DNA from: an archaeon
GTDB lineage: Archaea > Thermoplasmatota > Thermoplasmata > WALJ01
NCBI GenBank assembly: GCA_024278375.1
Contig: JAJRTH010000092.1
Location: 6,193-70,192 of the forward strand
DNA length: 64,000 nucleotides
Direction: 5' to 3'
In this document: one piece after another, positions 17,155 to 26,309 of the stretch
Layout: every line of letters starts with the position of its first letter
Numbering within the stretch: the stretch's first letter is position 1
Notes under the pieces: generated by a model
The model's database searches: none
The model's input: the letters and a program-made list of their open reading frames with translations, nothing else
Told to the model about the DNA's origin: nothing
Made by a program: the position numbers and the translations under genes

Positions 17155-18125
17155 AGAAGTATTATATATATGTATTTTGTAGAAGAGCTCGCAATCCCAT
17201 AATTCGCCCCATCTATTGTAACATTTATTAGAGTTGGTGTAGAACCGTCAGAAGAATAAACGGCATCTTCCCCAGTGCTAAGAATCTCCGTGTTTTTGAT
17301 TATGGGATTGGATGCGTATGTAATATGGATTCCGTTTCCATATCCAACTCCCAAATCCTGTCCAGTATGAGCAATCACATTCCCAACTATCTTCGGGTTG
17401 CTCGGATGAGTGTTTACATTATCCCATCCATCTACCCATATTCCGTATTTGTAATTCCATGTTATCCAGTTATTTTCTATGGTTGCGTTGGACCACCATG
17501 TCGCCATTATTCCCGTGTCATCATTCCATGTTATCGTGTTGTTGGATACGGTGGCATCCGAGCCATAGAGGACGATGCCGTAAGCATTGCGAGAGATAAG
17601 ATTATGGTCGATTATAGCATTATCCGTCTGAATATACAACCCTGACCAAGACACTATTGCAGGAGTTATTCCGCACCTGTGCAGTTCGGAATTCCTCATC
17701 TCGAAATAGCTCCCATCATCCACCCAGAACAGATATGGATAATTTGAATCCGCAGCGGTCATGTTGCTCGCATCTCCTGTTGTCAGATTGTTATTGTCCA
17801 GATCGAGTATATACATAGAGGCTCCTGATTGAACCTCTATGATGTATTGACCTGCAGATGTGCAGTTCATTATCAGGGTTACATTCCTGAAAGTCAGGGT
17901 TGCATTATTGGAAACCGTTAGATTTCCACTCAAAATGATGGTCTCATTGCTTCTTATAGTATCGGTTGTTATGTCCCAGTCCCCGTTTATGTAGATTTTC
18001 GGCTGAGGATAGGTTATTGACCTCGTGCCCTCGGCATAAAAATTCTCTGATAATGAATTCATAGGTATGACTGCAAAAACCAGCAAGACGACGATTATTC
18101 CCATGATTTTTCCTAGCTTCTTCAT
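17142..18125 (-). CDS. beta-helix surface protein paralog 2, N-terminal fragment (signal peptide + PbH1-like repeats)
   Basis: MKKLGKIMGIIVVLLVF.. signal sequence and NNTITWNDDTGI / IENNWITWNY repeats. The 21-nt start region ATGTATGGATGAGGATATGAA is shared with paralog 1. Confidence 0.7.
   Translation of the reverse strand: MKKLGKIMGIIVVLLVFAVIPMNSLSENFYAEGTRSITYPQPKIYINGDWDITTDTIRSNETIILSGNLTVSNNATLTFRNVTLIMNCTSAGQYIIEVQSGASMYILDLDNNNLTTGDASNMTAADSNYPYLFWVDDGSYFEMRNSELHRCGITPAIVSWSGLYIQTDNAIIDHNLISRNAYGIVLYGSDATVSNNTITWNDDTGIMATWWSNATIENNWITWNYKYGIWVDGWDNVNTHPSNPKIVGNVIAHTGQDLGVGYGNGIHITYASNPIIKNTEILSTGEDAVYSSDGSTPTLINVTIDGANYGIASSSTKYIYIILLCQM
17163..17171. repeat. (TA)4T dinucleotide tract at a frame break
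   Basis: tatatatat read directly. Deleting one TA unit fuses ..SSSTKYIY to NTSMSNVNTVF... Confidence 0.95.
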
Positions 18126-18196
18126 ATCCTCATCCATACATATGCATGCCATGGATAAAGTTTTTGCCCGCAAAAAGGAAAAGGGTCTCGAAGAAC

Positions 18197-20530
18197 TCAT
18201 TTCCTCCTTTTCGCCCATATCACCAGAAATGTCGGCAGTATGAATACCGAGAGCAGGAAGCTGAACAGTATCGATATCGTGGATATCTCCCCGAACTGTC
18301 TCAGCGGAGGCATGGAAGACAGCATAAGGACTCCGAACCCGCCCATCGTCGTTGCGGCGGCACTGAATATGGCACTCCCCGTATGCCTGACAGCGGTCCT
18401 GACCGCCTCTTCGGGAGAGGAGCCGTCAAGTTCTTCCAGGAATCGGTGGGTCAGATGTATCGAATATGTTATTCCGAGCCCTATGGTGAGGGCAGTAATT
18501 GTAACGGTCATCATGTTGAAACCAAGCCCGACCAGATACATCATGCCCATGGACCACAGCAGCGCTATGGCCACCGGAAGGGTGGTTATCAGCCCTATTG
18601 CAAGGACCCTTCTGAGATAATAGAATACCGCCGTCAGGATTATGAGAGATATCGCTAGGGTGATCATCAGAGAATTCCACTGGCTGTTCTGCAGGCTCGT
18701 TGTTATGGTGTAGATGAGTATGGAACCTCCCGTGACCACCGTCTCGTATCCCGCATCTCGGAGCGGTTTCGCATCCTCTCTCAGTTCCGAAAGAAGCACA
18801 GCGTGTTCCGAATTGGATTCTGATGTGCCCTTTATGCGCATAAGAGCGCTCTCATACGTGCCGTTTTCCCTGTACAGCACATACTTCGTCCTTTCGTCGT
18901 GTTCGAAGAGCCAGTCATAGATGCTTGCGATATTGGAATCCGGAAGTCCGTCCCCGTCGCTATCTGCAGAAGCGCCAAGCGCCCTGAAACTCGCGTTTTT
19001 TCCGTAAATGTCCCGTATCACCGTTGTTATGTCCTGCGATTCCGAGAGAGAGACATACCTGTCATCCGCCATCTCCGCTCTCGTGTTCTCTATCGCCCTT
19101 AGGAGTTCGGGAGAGGTCAGATCGCCCTTTATTAGGATGTAACTGTCCTCCATAGCCGAACTCTGGAAGTGCTCCATGATATATGTCATGGTTTCTGCGG
19201 AAATGGAGTTTTCGGGAAGGAAATCGCTCTCACTGAAGTTCGTATCCAGGTTTGTGGCACCGTAGAGGGATGCGAGAGATATAACAATCACTATACCCAG
19301 CACCTTGTATGGATGGTGTTCTGCGCCTATCGCACCCACGGCCAGTATCCTGTTGAGCACCAGCAATCCGCTTTCCGTCCTCTTACCTCTCTCTTTTATC
19401 ACTTCCAGACCCTTCTTTTCCCGTCTCCCGTCAATGATGACCTTGGCGGAGGGTATGAAGGTGAGATTGATGATAAAGGCCGAAAATATGCCGAAGGCAT
19501 TCATAATACCGAAGTCTCTGAGCGGAGGGATCGGTGATGATATGTTGGAGAGAAAGGAAACTATGGTGGTCACAGTGGTCAGTATGAGGGCCATGCCAAG
19601 GTGCGCTTCCATGGAGATCGTCGCTTTTTTCACATCCTTTCCGGCCCTTATCTCCTCCCTGTATCTCATTATGGTATGTATTGCGTAGTCTATCCCCAGA
19701 CCGACTATCAGGACGGCAACGGTTGTGCTTATCTGATTGAAGGTCATGTTCGCCATCACACCGAAGCCGTAGGTCCATATTATAGCCATGAAGAGCCCAA
19801 TAAGACCCAGCAAAGTATCAAGAAAGGACCTGAAAATGACCAGAAGAATCAATATGACCAGGATGAACACCACCGGAAGTAGAACCTTCGATGTCTCGTC
19901 CATAGTCTCTTTCATGTCTTCGTCCATCAGTCTCAGGCTCATGACAAGGTATTCGCCGCCACCATCAAAGGAATCGGCAATGCCCTTGATTTTCAGGTGA
20001 ATTCTCACCATCCTGTCCGAGAACTCCTTGTCGCCCTCACCCGCCTTTTGCGTACCGTTTAGATTTATAATCATAAGAGAAGCGCTAGCCTCGGGCACGG
20101 CAGGGTCAAAGTCCTCGGAAATCATCTTCTTCATCTGTTCCTTTGCCGCCGATATTGACGAGGGGTCCATCGAGGCGATCATGGTTTCGAGGTTCGACCC
20201 CATTTCGGAAAAATTCTGTGACATGGAGGAAAACGTCGCATATGCTTCGGTGAATGTCATGTTCACGGTGGTATTTGAATATACAGGCACGGTGCCCAGG
20301 CAGTCATCGATTTTCAAGGACAGGGAAATGCTATATGCGGATAGGTCGGAACTCAGTTTGGACAGGGCCGCAGCGGAACTCTGAAACTCCCTTCCAAGTT
20401 CCATGAACTCTGCGCTATCCATGGGAGTGCCGTATCTGAGTATGTTGTCTATCTCTTCCAGACTCATGTTTTCCAGATGGGATATCTTATCGTCCGCGGA
20501 CATTTCCGAGGAAAACGCCGGAGGGCTCAT
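18197..20530 (-). CDS. RND-superfamily (MMPL/HAE3-like) exporter, TM2-TM12 portion
   Basis: 777 aa with two 5-6-helix bundles separated by a large loop and a GLGIDYAIH motif. It lacks TM1, which lies in the upstream same-frame ORF. Confidence 0.75.
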   Translation of the reverse strand: MSPPAFSSEMSADDKISHLENMSLEEIDNILRYGTPMDSAEFMELGREFQSSAAALSKLSSDLSAYSISLSLKIDDCLGTVPVYSNTTVNMTFTEAYATFSSMSQNFSEMGSNLETMIASMDPSSISAAKEQMKKMISEDFDPAVPEASASLMIINLNGTQKAGEGDKEFSDRMVRIHLKIKGIADSFDGGGEYLVMSLRLMDEDMKETMDETSKVLLPVVFILVILILLVIFRSFLDTLLGLIGLFMAIIWTYGFGVMANMTFNQISTTVAVLIVGLGIDYAIHTIMRYREEIRAGKDVKKATISMEAHLGMALILTTVTTIVSFLSNISSPIPPLRDFGIMNAFGIFSAFIINLTFIPSAKVIIDGRREKKGLEVIKERGKRTESGLLVLNRILAVGAIGAEHHPYKVLGIVIVISLASLYGATNLDTNFSESDFLPENSISAETMTYIMEHFQSSAMEDSYILIKGDLTSPELLRAIENTRAEMADDRYVSLSESQDITTVIRDIYGKNASFRALGASADSDGDGLPDSNIASIYDWLFEHDERTKYVLYRENGTYESALMRIKGTSESNSEHAVLLSELREDAKPLRDAGYETVVTGGSILIYTITTSLQNSQWNSLMITLAISLIILTAVFYYLRRVLAIGLITTLPVAIALLWSMGMMYLVGLGFNMMTVTITALTIGLGITYSIHLTHRFLEELDGSSPEEAVRTAVRHTGSAIFSAAATTMGGFGVLMLSSMPPLRQFGEISTISILFSFLLSVFILPTFLVIWAKRRK

Positions 20531-20554
20531 CTCGAACCCTGAATTCCCGCTGTA

Positions 20555-21121
20555 TTAGAGAAACGAGTCCAGAGCCACATATGCCATATCCAAGCCGGCA
20601 CTGACATTTTCCGCCGAGGCGTTCGAATTGTAGAGAAGAAGATAATTGGATAACAGGTAGTCGATGCCGGAAAACGATGCGTTCAGCGCCTCCATCTCTT
20701 TTGTTGCGTTTATGACCCGCTGCATGAACTCCGCATACGCCTTGCCGCCCATGTCCATCATCACGACCATGTCCGCAACACTAAAAACGCTGTTTTCCGG
20801 ATTTTTAGGGGTTTGCAGAGCCTCGGATAGCTCTCTGTCCGCCAGGATCTCCTTTTCCAATCTCAGTTGTTCCAAGAGAGCCTCCTTGGTCAGGACATTG
20901 TCGTCTTTCACGACTATCTGGACCATCTCCACCCCTCCATATGTATCCTGGATTTCGGTGTATGCCCTCGAAATCTCATCATCGGGCATGAAACTGTGAA
21001 AATCTGAGGTCATACTCATCTGAGAGGCATAGGAACCGAATATGATGGTGATCAGGATGATGGTCGCTATGACCTTTCCCGGATTTTTCGCAACCGCTTT
21101 TCCGAACGTCTCCGTATTCAT
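20555..21121 (-). CDS. RND-superfamily exporter, N-terminal portion (TM1 + start of the first extracytoplasmic loop)
   Basis: MNTETFGKAVAKNPGKVIATIILITIIFGSY... It is in the same frame as 18197-20530 and separated from it by a single TAA (20555-20557). Confidence 0.65.
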   Translation of the reverse strand: MNTETFGKAVAKNPGKVIATIILITIIFGSYASQMSMTSDFHSFMPDDEISRAYTEIQDTYGGVEMVQIVVKDDNVLTKEALLEQLRLEKEILADRELSEALQTPKNPENSVFSVADMVVMMDMGGKAYAEFMQRVINATKEMEALNASFSGIDYLLSNYLLLYNSNASAENVSAGLDMAYVALDSFL

Positions 21122-21485
21122 ATGATCGGCCCCGCAAAGACGGCTTTGTATATAATAATTTGCTCCTAACAAATGGATTCTATCAAAAAATGTGTCATTC
21201 ATCCATTCAGAATGGGCAAAATAGCAAATTTTAAGTACTATGTGTCCATGAGACGCCTATGAACCTCACCACAATGGAAAAAAGGTCCTTCTGGGATATC
21301 TACGCAATCCCGATGCCGAGGCCAGGGAACTGGCGGATATTCTGGATATAAACTTCTGGAGCGTTCTTAAAGCCAGAAAAAGACTGCTGGACTTCGGGAT
21401 ACTGAGATTCGCCCTCATACCGAACCTCGGAAGAATCGGTGCGGAGATAATATTCTCCGGCTTCGGCTCGGTCAAGAACTCAGGT

Positions 21486-22262
21486 GTGAACAGGGCGGCG
21501 GATATAATGAGCGAGAGCTTCTTTTTCATGGCCAGGGAGGACGGGAAGGGATTTGCCATGGGAATATCAAAGGATTACACGGGATTTTACGGCGACCTTC
21601 TGGATTTTGCCGGGAGATACGGCTACATAAGACCCGACTATTTCGGCGTCAAAGTGCTGCCGGTCAGATTCACCACTTTCTGGAGATTCGGGGATTTTTA
21701 TGAGCTTATCTCAAATAATTACGGCATTGAGGTCGAAAGAATAGGCAAGAGGGAGGAGATGCACGGCGAATACTTTTTCAGAAAGGGTGAGGAGGAGGTA
21801 TACGCAACATTGCTGGAACATCCCGGCTGGTCCGGAGAGAGGATAGCGAAGCATCTCGGCACCAGCAGACAGAGGGTTCTGAGACTGAGGGAAAAGTTCT
21901 CCTCAGAGGGTCTGTACGACAAAAAGGCCATAGTCGACGTAAAAAGGATGGGATACGAGGTACTGCTCTTCGTTTCGTGGAAAACGACACCTTCCGCCTA
22001 TGACGAGATGATAGAAAAGATGAGAGCGCATCCGATGCCCCCGGTGGTTTTTGCGGCCAGCACTCCGGCCGAAGGTTTCGCCATCGCAATCTTCAAGAAT
22101 TTCAGAGAGAGCAGGGAAATCACTGCCCGGTTGTCTGCATGGGTCAATCCGGAAAAGAGCATGCCGGAGGAGCCCGAATTGATGTTCCTATCCATACAGG
22201 ATACCAGATTTACAAGGTATTTCGAGTTCGGAGAATCCGTTAGGAATATTTTAAAAGAATAG
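21486..22262 (+). CDS. winged-helix domain protein (the ORF probably begins at 21259 and is frameshifted)
   Basis: HTH-like GERIAKHLGTSRQRVLRLREKF. The frame stays open and protein-like upstream to 21253 (LLGYLRNPDAEARELADILDINFWSVLKARKRLLDFGIL) but has no start codon there. Confidence 0.55.
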   Translation: MNRAADIMSESFFFMAREDGKGFAMGISKDYTGFYGDLLDFAGRYGYIRPDYFGVKVLPVRFTTFWRFGDFYELISNNYGIEVERIGKREEMHGEYFFRKGEEEVYATLLEHPGWSGERIAKHLGTSRQRVLRLREKFSSEGLYDKKAIVDVKRMGYEVLLFVSWKTTPSAYDEMIEKMRAHPMPPVVFAASTPAEGFAIAIFKNFRESREITARLSAWVNPEKSMPEEPELMFLSIQDTRFTRYFEFGESVRNILKE

Positions 22263-22281
22263 ATAAAACAAACATCCCGAT

Positions 22282-22953
22282 TTGTACAGAAACGGGAAGC
22301 CTTTAAATATGAGAAGAGAGAAGGAGAATTGGGTATGGGAAATGAATGAAAGAGACCTTAAATTAGAAGAGGCTTTATCAAGTCAGCTGGGTGTGGACGG
22401 GAACGACTACATGTTCACAACGAAGCAGGTGTTCCTGGTAAGAGTTAATCTCGTAATACTGAAACTCCTGCTTGAAGAGAGAAAGAAAAGAGGCATAGCG
22501 GTTGTGCTGGACAGGCCGCACGGATATCTGGCGCATCTTTTGACACTGCATAAGATAGACCAGACGAACCTTTCGTACATAGACACCGTCGCCAAGTTTT
22601 CCGGTGACTGTGTGTTCGAGGACCCTAAGAAGGTCATATACACGAACGGACCTTTCCATGTGGAACTGCTGCTCAACGCTTTTTCCGAGGGATATACCGA
22701 TGATTTCCAGACCAAGGAGATAGACATGAGCGAGGTGGATTTCATAATAATAGATAACATCGCGACTGCCCTTACATACAATACCATGGAATCGATAGCT
22801 ATGTGCTGCGAGGCCCTTAGGAAACTTGCGGAGGAGCACGACATACTATGTGTCGTGGGGGTCGATCCGGATGCTCACAGGTCTCTTTATTCACTTCTAA
22901 AGGGATATATGACCAATGAGATAAAGATAGAGGAGAGGTGGTTACATGGATGA
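22282..22953 (+). CDS. degenerate KaiC/RecA-like protein lacking a P-loop
   Basis: RecA-fold-like Walker B context (VDFIIIDNIATAL), but VVLDRPHGYLAHLL sits where the GxxGxGKT would be. Overlaps the next gene by 8 nt. Confidence 0.45.
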   Translation: MYRNGKPLNMRREKENWVWEMNERDLKLEEALSSQLGVDGNDYMFTTKQVFLVRVNLVILKLLLEERKKRGIAVVLDRPHGYLAHLLTLHKIDQTNLSYIDTVAKFSGDCVFEDPKKVIYTNGPFHVELLLNAFSEGYTDDFQTKEIDMSEVDFIIIDNIATALTYNTMESIAMCCEALRKLAEEHDILCVVGVDPDAHRSLYSLLKGYMTNEIKIEERWLHG

Positions 22954-23680
22954 TGTTGCGGATGAAACATGGGAAAGTCATGAGGAAGGTGAGGAATTGC
23001 AAAAAAGCGAGATCTTCAGGATACCTTCGGGAATCCCGGGACTGGATGATATGATCGAGGGCGGATTTCCGTTCCCCTCCGTCGTACTTGTGGCGGGGAG
23101 CGCCGGAACCGGAAAGACAACGTTCTCTCTTCAGTTCCTATTCGCCGGTGCGGAGAACGGAGAGCAGGGGTTGTTTTTCACTACTCTAAGCGAACCGACA
23201 CACTGGATGCTTCAGTACTCTTCAAATTTCAGTTTCGTAAAAAAGGAGTATTTCGGCAATCTGATAAGGTATGTGGATCTGGGATCGATGTTGAACAGGC
23301 CAATCGATGAGATACTGAACTACATAAATGAGAAGATAGCGGAGACAATGCCGCAGAGAATCGTGATAGACCCCGTGACCATAATCGGGAACATAGTCAA
23401 AGAAAACTACAGGAAGTTCCTTTTCGACCTGACGAACTCGCTCAAGAGCTGGCAGGCGGTAACTCTTCTAACGGGCGAGGTAAGGCCGGGAGAGATGTAT
23501 CCGGTGGAGGTATCGTACGCAGCGGACTCGGTGATACTGCTGTCACTAAAAGCAGAGGGAAATGCGAGAAGAAAGTATCTGGAAGTACTGAAAATGAGAG
23601 GTACGGACCACAGGACAGGAGCATATCCCGTAAGCATAACACGCGAAGACGGTTTCGTGGTCCTGAGAGCAAGGTTCTAG
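22946..23680 (+). CDS. single-domain KaiC-like (RecA-superfamily) ATPase
   Basis: [14 protein letters not shown], Walker [10 protein letters not shown], Walker B RIVIDPV and LKMRGTDH. Confidence 0.8.
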   Translation: MDDVADETWESHEEGEELQKSEIFRIPSGIPGLDDMIEGGFPFPSVVLVAGSAGTGKTTFSLQFLFAGAENGEQGLFFTTLSEPTHWMLQYSSNFSFVKKEYFGNLIRYVDLGSMLNRPIDEILNYINEKIAETMPQRIVIDPVTIIGNIVKENYRKFLFDLTNSLKSWQAVTLLTGEVRPGEMYPVEVSYAADSVILLSLKAEGNARRKYLEVLKMRGTDHRTGAYPVSITREDGFVVLRARF

Positions 23681-24159
23681 AACTTATAACCTATCTTCCT
23701 CAAAAACCCTCTTCTTTTTTTCACATGTTCTTCATCCTCGATTCCCAAGGGGCCGTGTCCGTCTATCACTCCCAATATGCCTCTTCCTCTGTCGTTCTCG
23801 GCCACTATAACAGATATCGGATTGGCCGTCGCGGCGAAAATCGTGCACACCTCCGGAACCTGTTTTATGGCCCTAAGTATGTTTATCGGATATGCATTTT
23901 CGAGGAAAATTATGAAACTATGTCCCGCACCTATTTTCATGGCGTTCCTGGCTGCGAGTTCTTTCAGTCCTTCGTCATTCCCCTCAACCCTGACGAGCCT
24001 GTCCGCCGAAGCTTCGCAGAATGCCAATCCGAACTTGGCCTGGGGTACTGTGTTCACAATCGCCTCGTATATGTCCTCCACGGTTTTTATGAAATGGCTC
24101 TGGCCCAGTATGAGATTCATCTCTTCCGGTTTTTCGATAGCAACTTCTTTCAGATTCAT
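23677..24159 (-). CDS. adenosine-specific kinase family protein (PF04008-like)
   Basis: 160 aa: [52 protein letters not shown]. Confidence 0.7.
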   Translation of the reverse strand: MNLKEVAIEKPEEMNLILGQSHFIKTVEDIYEAIVNTVPQAKFGLAFCEASADRLVRVEGNDEGLKELAARNAMKIGAGHSFIIFLENAYPINILRAIKQVPEVCTIFAATANPISVIVAENDRGRGILGVIDGHGPLGIEDEEHVKKRRGFLRKIGYKF

Positions 24160-24297
24160 GGGTGGTCATCACTCCGGGGGATTAAAATTTTGCGAAAGCA
24201 AGGGGGATTTCTATGGGTCGAACACAAAAAGTCACAGCATCAGGGGAGAGCATATGCATCCTGAGGAGGCTCCCGCCATGAGTTTGTTAGGCGTTAA

Positions 24298-25092
24298 TTA
24301 TTCTCTCCAGTCCCAGCCGACTGTTCTGAGGCCTATTTTCGGTATTATCGGCGTTTTTCTCTTGTGAGCGCTCCTCCTCACCATTTCTCTTATTCTGGCA
24401 ACCTCTTTTTCCTCTATGTTGCATTCCTCCGCGATGTCCTCATCGTCGAGATCCTTTTCTATACCCTGGAGTATCCGGTCCAGTGTTTCATAGCCCATTC
24501 CGAGGTCGTCCTCATCTGTCTGTCCGGGATGAAGCCCTGCGCTCGGCTTTTTCCTTATGAATTTCTCTGGAACACCGACGTGCTTCGCAAGCTCGACCAC
24601 CTGTGTCTTGTAAAGGTCCCCGAGAGGCATGAAATCCGCCCCTCCGTCGCCGAATTTCGTGAAATAACCGGTCAGAAGCTCCGATTTGTTGCTCGTGCCC
24701 ATCACAATCAGGTTTCTATCGTAGGCATAACCATATAGAAGAGCCATCCTCGCCCTTGCTTTTATGTTTGCCAAAGCATACCTGGAAACACCGCCCAGAG
24801 AATTAAAAAACTCATCCGCAATGCCCTCAATCTCAATGATTTTGTATTCAATGCCCATATCTTTCGCATACTCCTCCGCATCCCTCGCATCCTCGTTACC
24901 TTCCATTCTTTCGGGCATGAGGAGCGCATGCACCTTCTCATTCCCCAGAGCGTCAACACATAGTTTAAGAACCACAGCGGAATCGAGACCGCCACTTAGA
25001 CCTATAACGGCTCCGGAAGCACCCGTCTCTTCCATCTTGTCCAGAATGAAGCGTCTGATGATTTTTTCCGTCTCCTGAACGTCCATGCTCAT
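24298..25092 (-). CDS. nadE: NH3-dependent NAD+ synthetase
   Basis: 264 aa with the PP-loop SGGLDSAV. The start may be ATG 25086, given the TATA at 25110-25117. Confidence 0.88.
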   Translation of the reverse strand: MSMDVQETEKIIRRFILDKMEETGASGAVIGLSGGLDSAVVLKLCVDALGNEKVHALLMPERMEGNEDARDAEEYAKDMGIEYKIIEIEGIADEFFNSLGGVSRYALANIKARARMALLYGYAYDRNLIVMGTSNKSELLTGYFTKFGDGGADFMPLGDLYKTQVVELAKHVGVPEKFIRKKPSAGLHPGQTDEDDLGMGYETLDRILQGIEKDLDDEDIAEECNIEEKEVARIREMVRRSAHKRKTPIIPKIGLRTVGWDWRE

Positions 25093-25127
25093 CTATGGAA
25101 ACCACTGTGATATAAAGATTTTCGGAG

Positions 25128-25190
25128 AAAAAAGGGGTGAGGGCTAGTTTGTCGGACGGGATGCACTCAACTCCTAGCCCGAAATCCCCG
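25128..25190 (-). ncRNA. candidate small structured RNA (own TATA, long hairpin, T6 tail)
   Basis: On the minus strand: CGAAAAGG-TATATATA (25220-25213), then about 23 nt, then GGGGATTTCGGGCTAGGAGTTG...CAAACTAGCCCTCACCCC (25189-25134), then TTTTTT (25133-25128). No known family recognised. Confidence 0.3.
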
Positions 25191-25279
25191 GTAATCTTCT
25201 TTTCAATTGTCCTATATATACCTTTTCGATTTACGAAGGCCTTTTTAGGAAGAAACCTTAAAAAATAAAGATAGATTGT

Positions 25280-26149
25280 TTACAGAAAACCCGATTTCTG
25301 GAGCAACATGAGGTCTTCGGTACTGAGTTTCTCGCCTTTTTTGAACCTCTCATATATCTCTTTCGCTCTTTCTTTGCTCTCCTTTTCCCCTTCTTCCCTT
25401 CTCCTTGATTTCTTGTGTCTGAGACCTGCAAGAACCTTGTCGAAATCGCTGACTTTCTTCATGGCCTCCAGGAATTCCCTGTGCTCTTCATCTGATTTCA
25501 GTTTTGCCTCTATGAACTTTTCCTGGGCCTCATCCGCCTCCTCCCTGAGTTTGTCGGCCTGTTCGAAGAGTTCCACCATCTTTTCGTGCTCTTCCTGGGC
25601 CTCATCCGCATATTTCGAGACCAGTTGGTGGTATTCTTCCGCCTTTTCCTTTATCTCTTCAGCCTTCTTTTTGAGCCTCTTTATCTCCTCGCTTTCTTCC
25701 AATCTTTCTTCGATATCTTTTATCTGCTTCTGGAGTCTGGCAAGGAGCTCTATTATCTCCATCTCCTTTTCCTTGGTGAGAACCTGCGTCATCTGTTTGA
25801 ACTCGAGAGCCTTGAGCTGCGCTTTGAGTTTACCGAGAGGTACGCCGTTTTTCGGCATCTGTTCCCTCTTTTTTCTGGCTATCTCTTTCTCTATCTCCCT
25901 GTATTTCTTGTTCCATTTGTCCCTCAGGACCTTCGTTTCCTTCACCTTTTCGTTGAACTGGTCCCTCTTTTCTTTGTGCAGATTCCCTTCTTTGGCCAGC
26001 GCTCTGGCCTTTTTGTTGAGTTCGTCCCTTTTGTTCGCCCACTTTTTGGCCTCTTCGTTGAGAGCATCTCTTCTCTTGCGGTGTTTCATTGCTTCATTAT
26101 ACGCTTTTTCTCTCTTTTTTTCCAGGTCGTCAGTGAGTTCTCCAGCCAT
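25280..26149 (-). CDS. archaeal coiled-coil protein (COG1340-like)
   Basis: 289 aa of K/E-rich heptad repeats throughout. Confidence 0.6.
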   Translation of the reverse strand: MAGELTDDLEKKREKAYNEAMKHRKRRDALNEEAKKWANKRDELNKKARALAKEGNLHKEKRDQFNEKVKETKVLRDKWNKKYREIEKEIARKKREQMPKNGVPLGKLKAQLKALEFKQMTQVLTKEKEMEIIELLARLQKQIKDIEERLEESEEIKRLKKKAEEIKEKAEEYHQLVSKYADEAQEEHEKMVELFEQADKLREEADEAQEKFIEAKLKSDEEHREFLEAMKKVSDFDKVLAGLRHKKSRRREEGEKESKERAKEIYERFKKGEKLSTEDLMLLQKSGFL

Positions 26150-26309
26150 ATAAAAGCCTCATGTGGGTATAAGGCCCATAAAAGGGTGTGCTTTATAATG
26201 CTTTCGACAGAAAAAGTTTCTTCGCAACGGAGCGTCGGGTCCGAGAAAGCATCCTTATGGGGTTTGGAAAGACACGAAAGTTTTTTACCGCATCATCTCA
26301 TCATCTACC

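Noticed and set aside
14880-17180. Programmed ribosomal frameshifting at the TA tracts.
   Set aside because: The two paralogs would need shifts of different sign or size at the same motif. There is no slippery heptamer or downstream pseudoknot pattern. Repeat-length change explains both more simply.
23677-23680. Convergent genes sharing the palindrome CTAG, so that each strand reads TAG as its stop.
   Set aside because: The observation is real but trivial. It is a 4-nt convergent overlap, useful only as evidence that TAG functions as a normal terminator here.
26150-26309. A possible second small RNA: CTTTATAAT near 26190, about 60-90 nt of spacer, and a T6 run near 26281, upstream of the DUF99 gene.
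   Set aside because: I could not find a convincing stem-loop or C/D-box pair (there is an ATGATGA on the minus strand but no matching CUGA). It could simply be a long 5' leader. The support is too weak to list as a feature.
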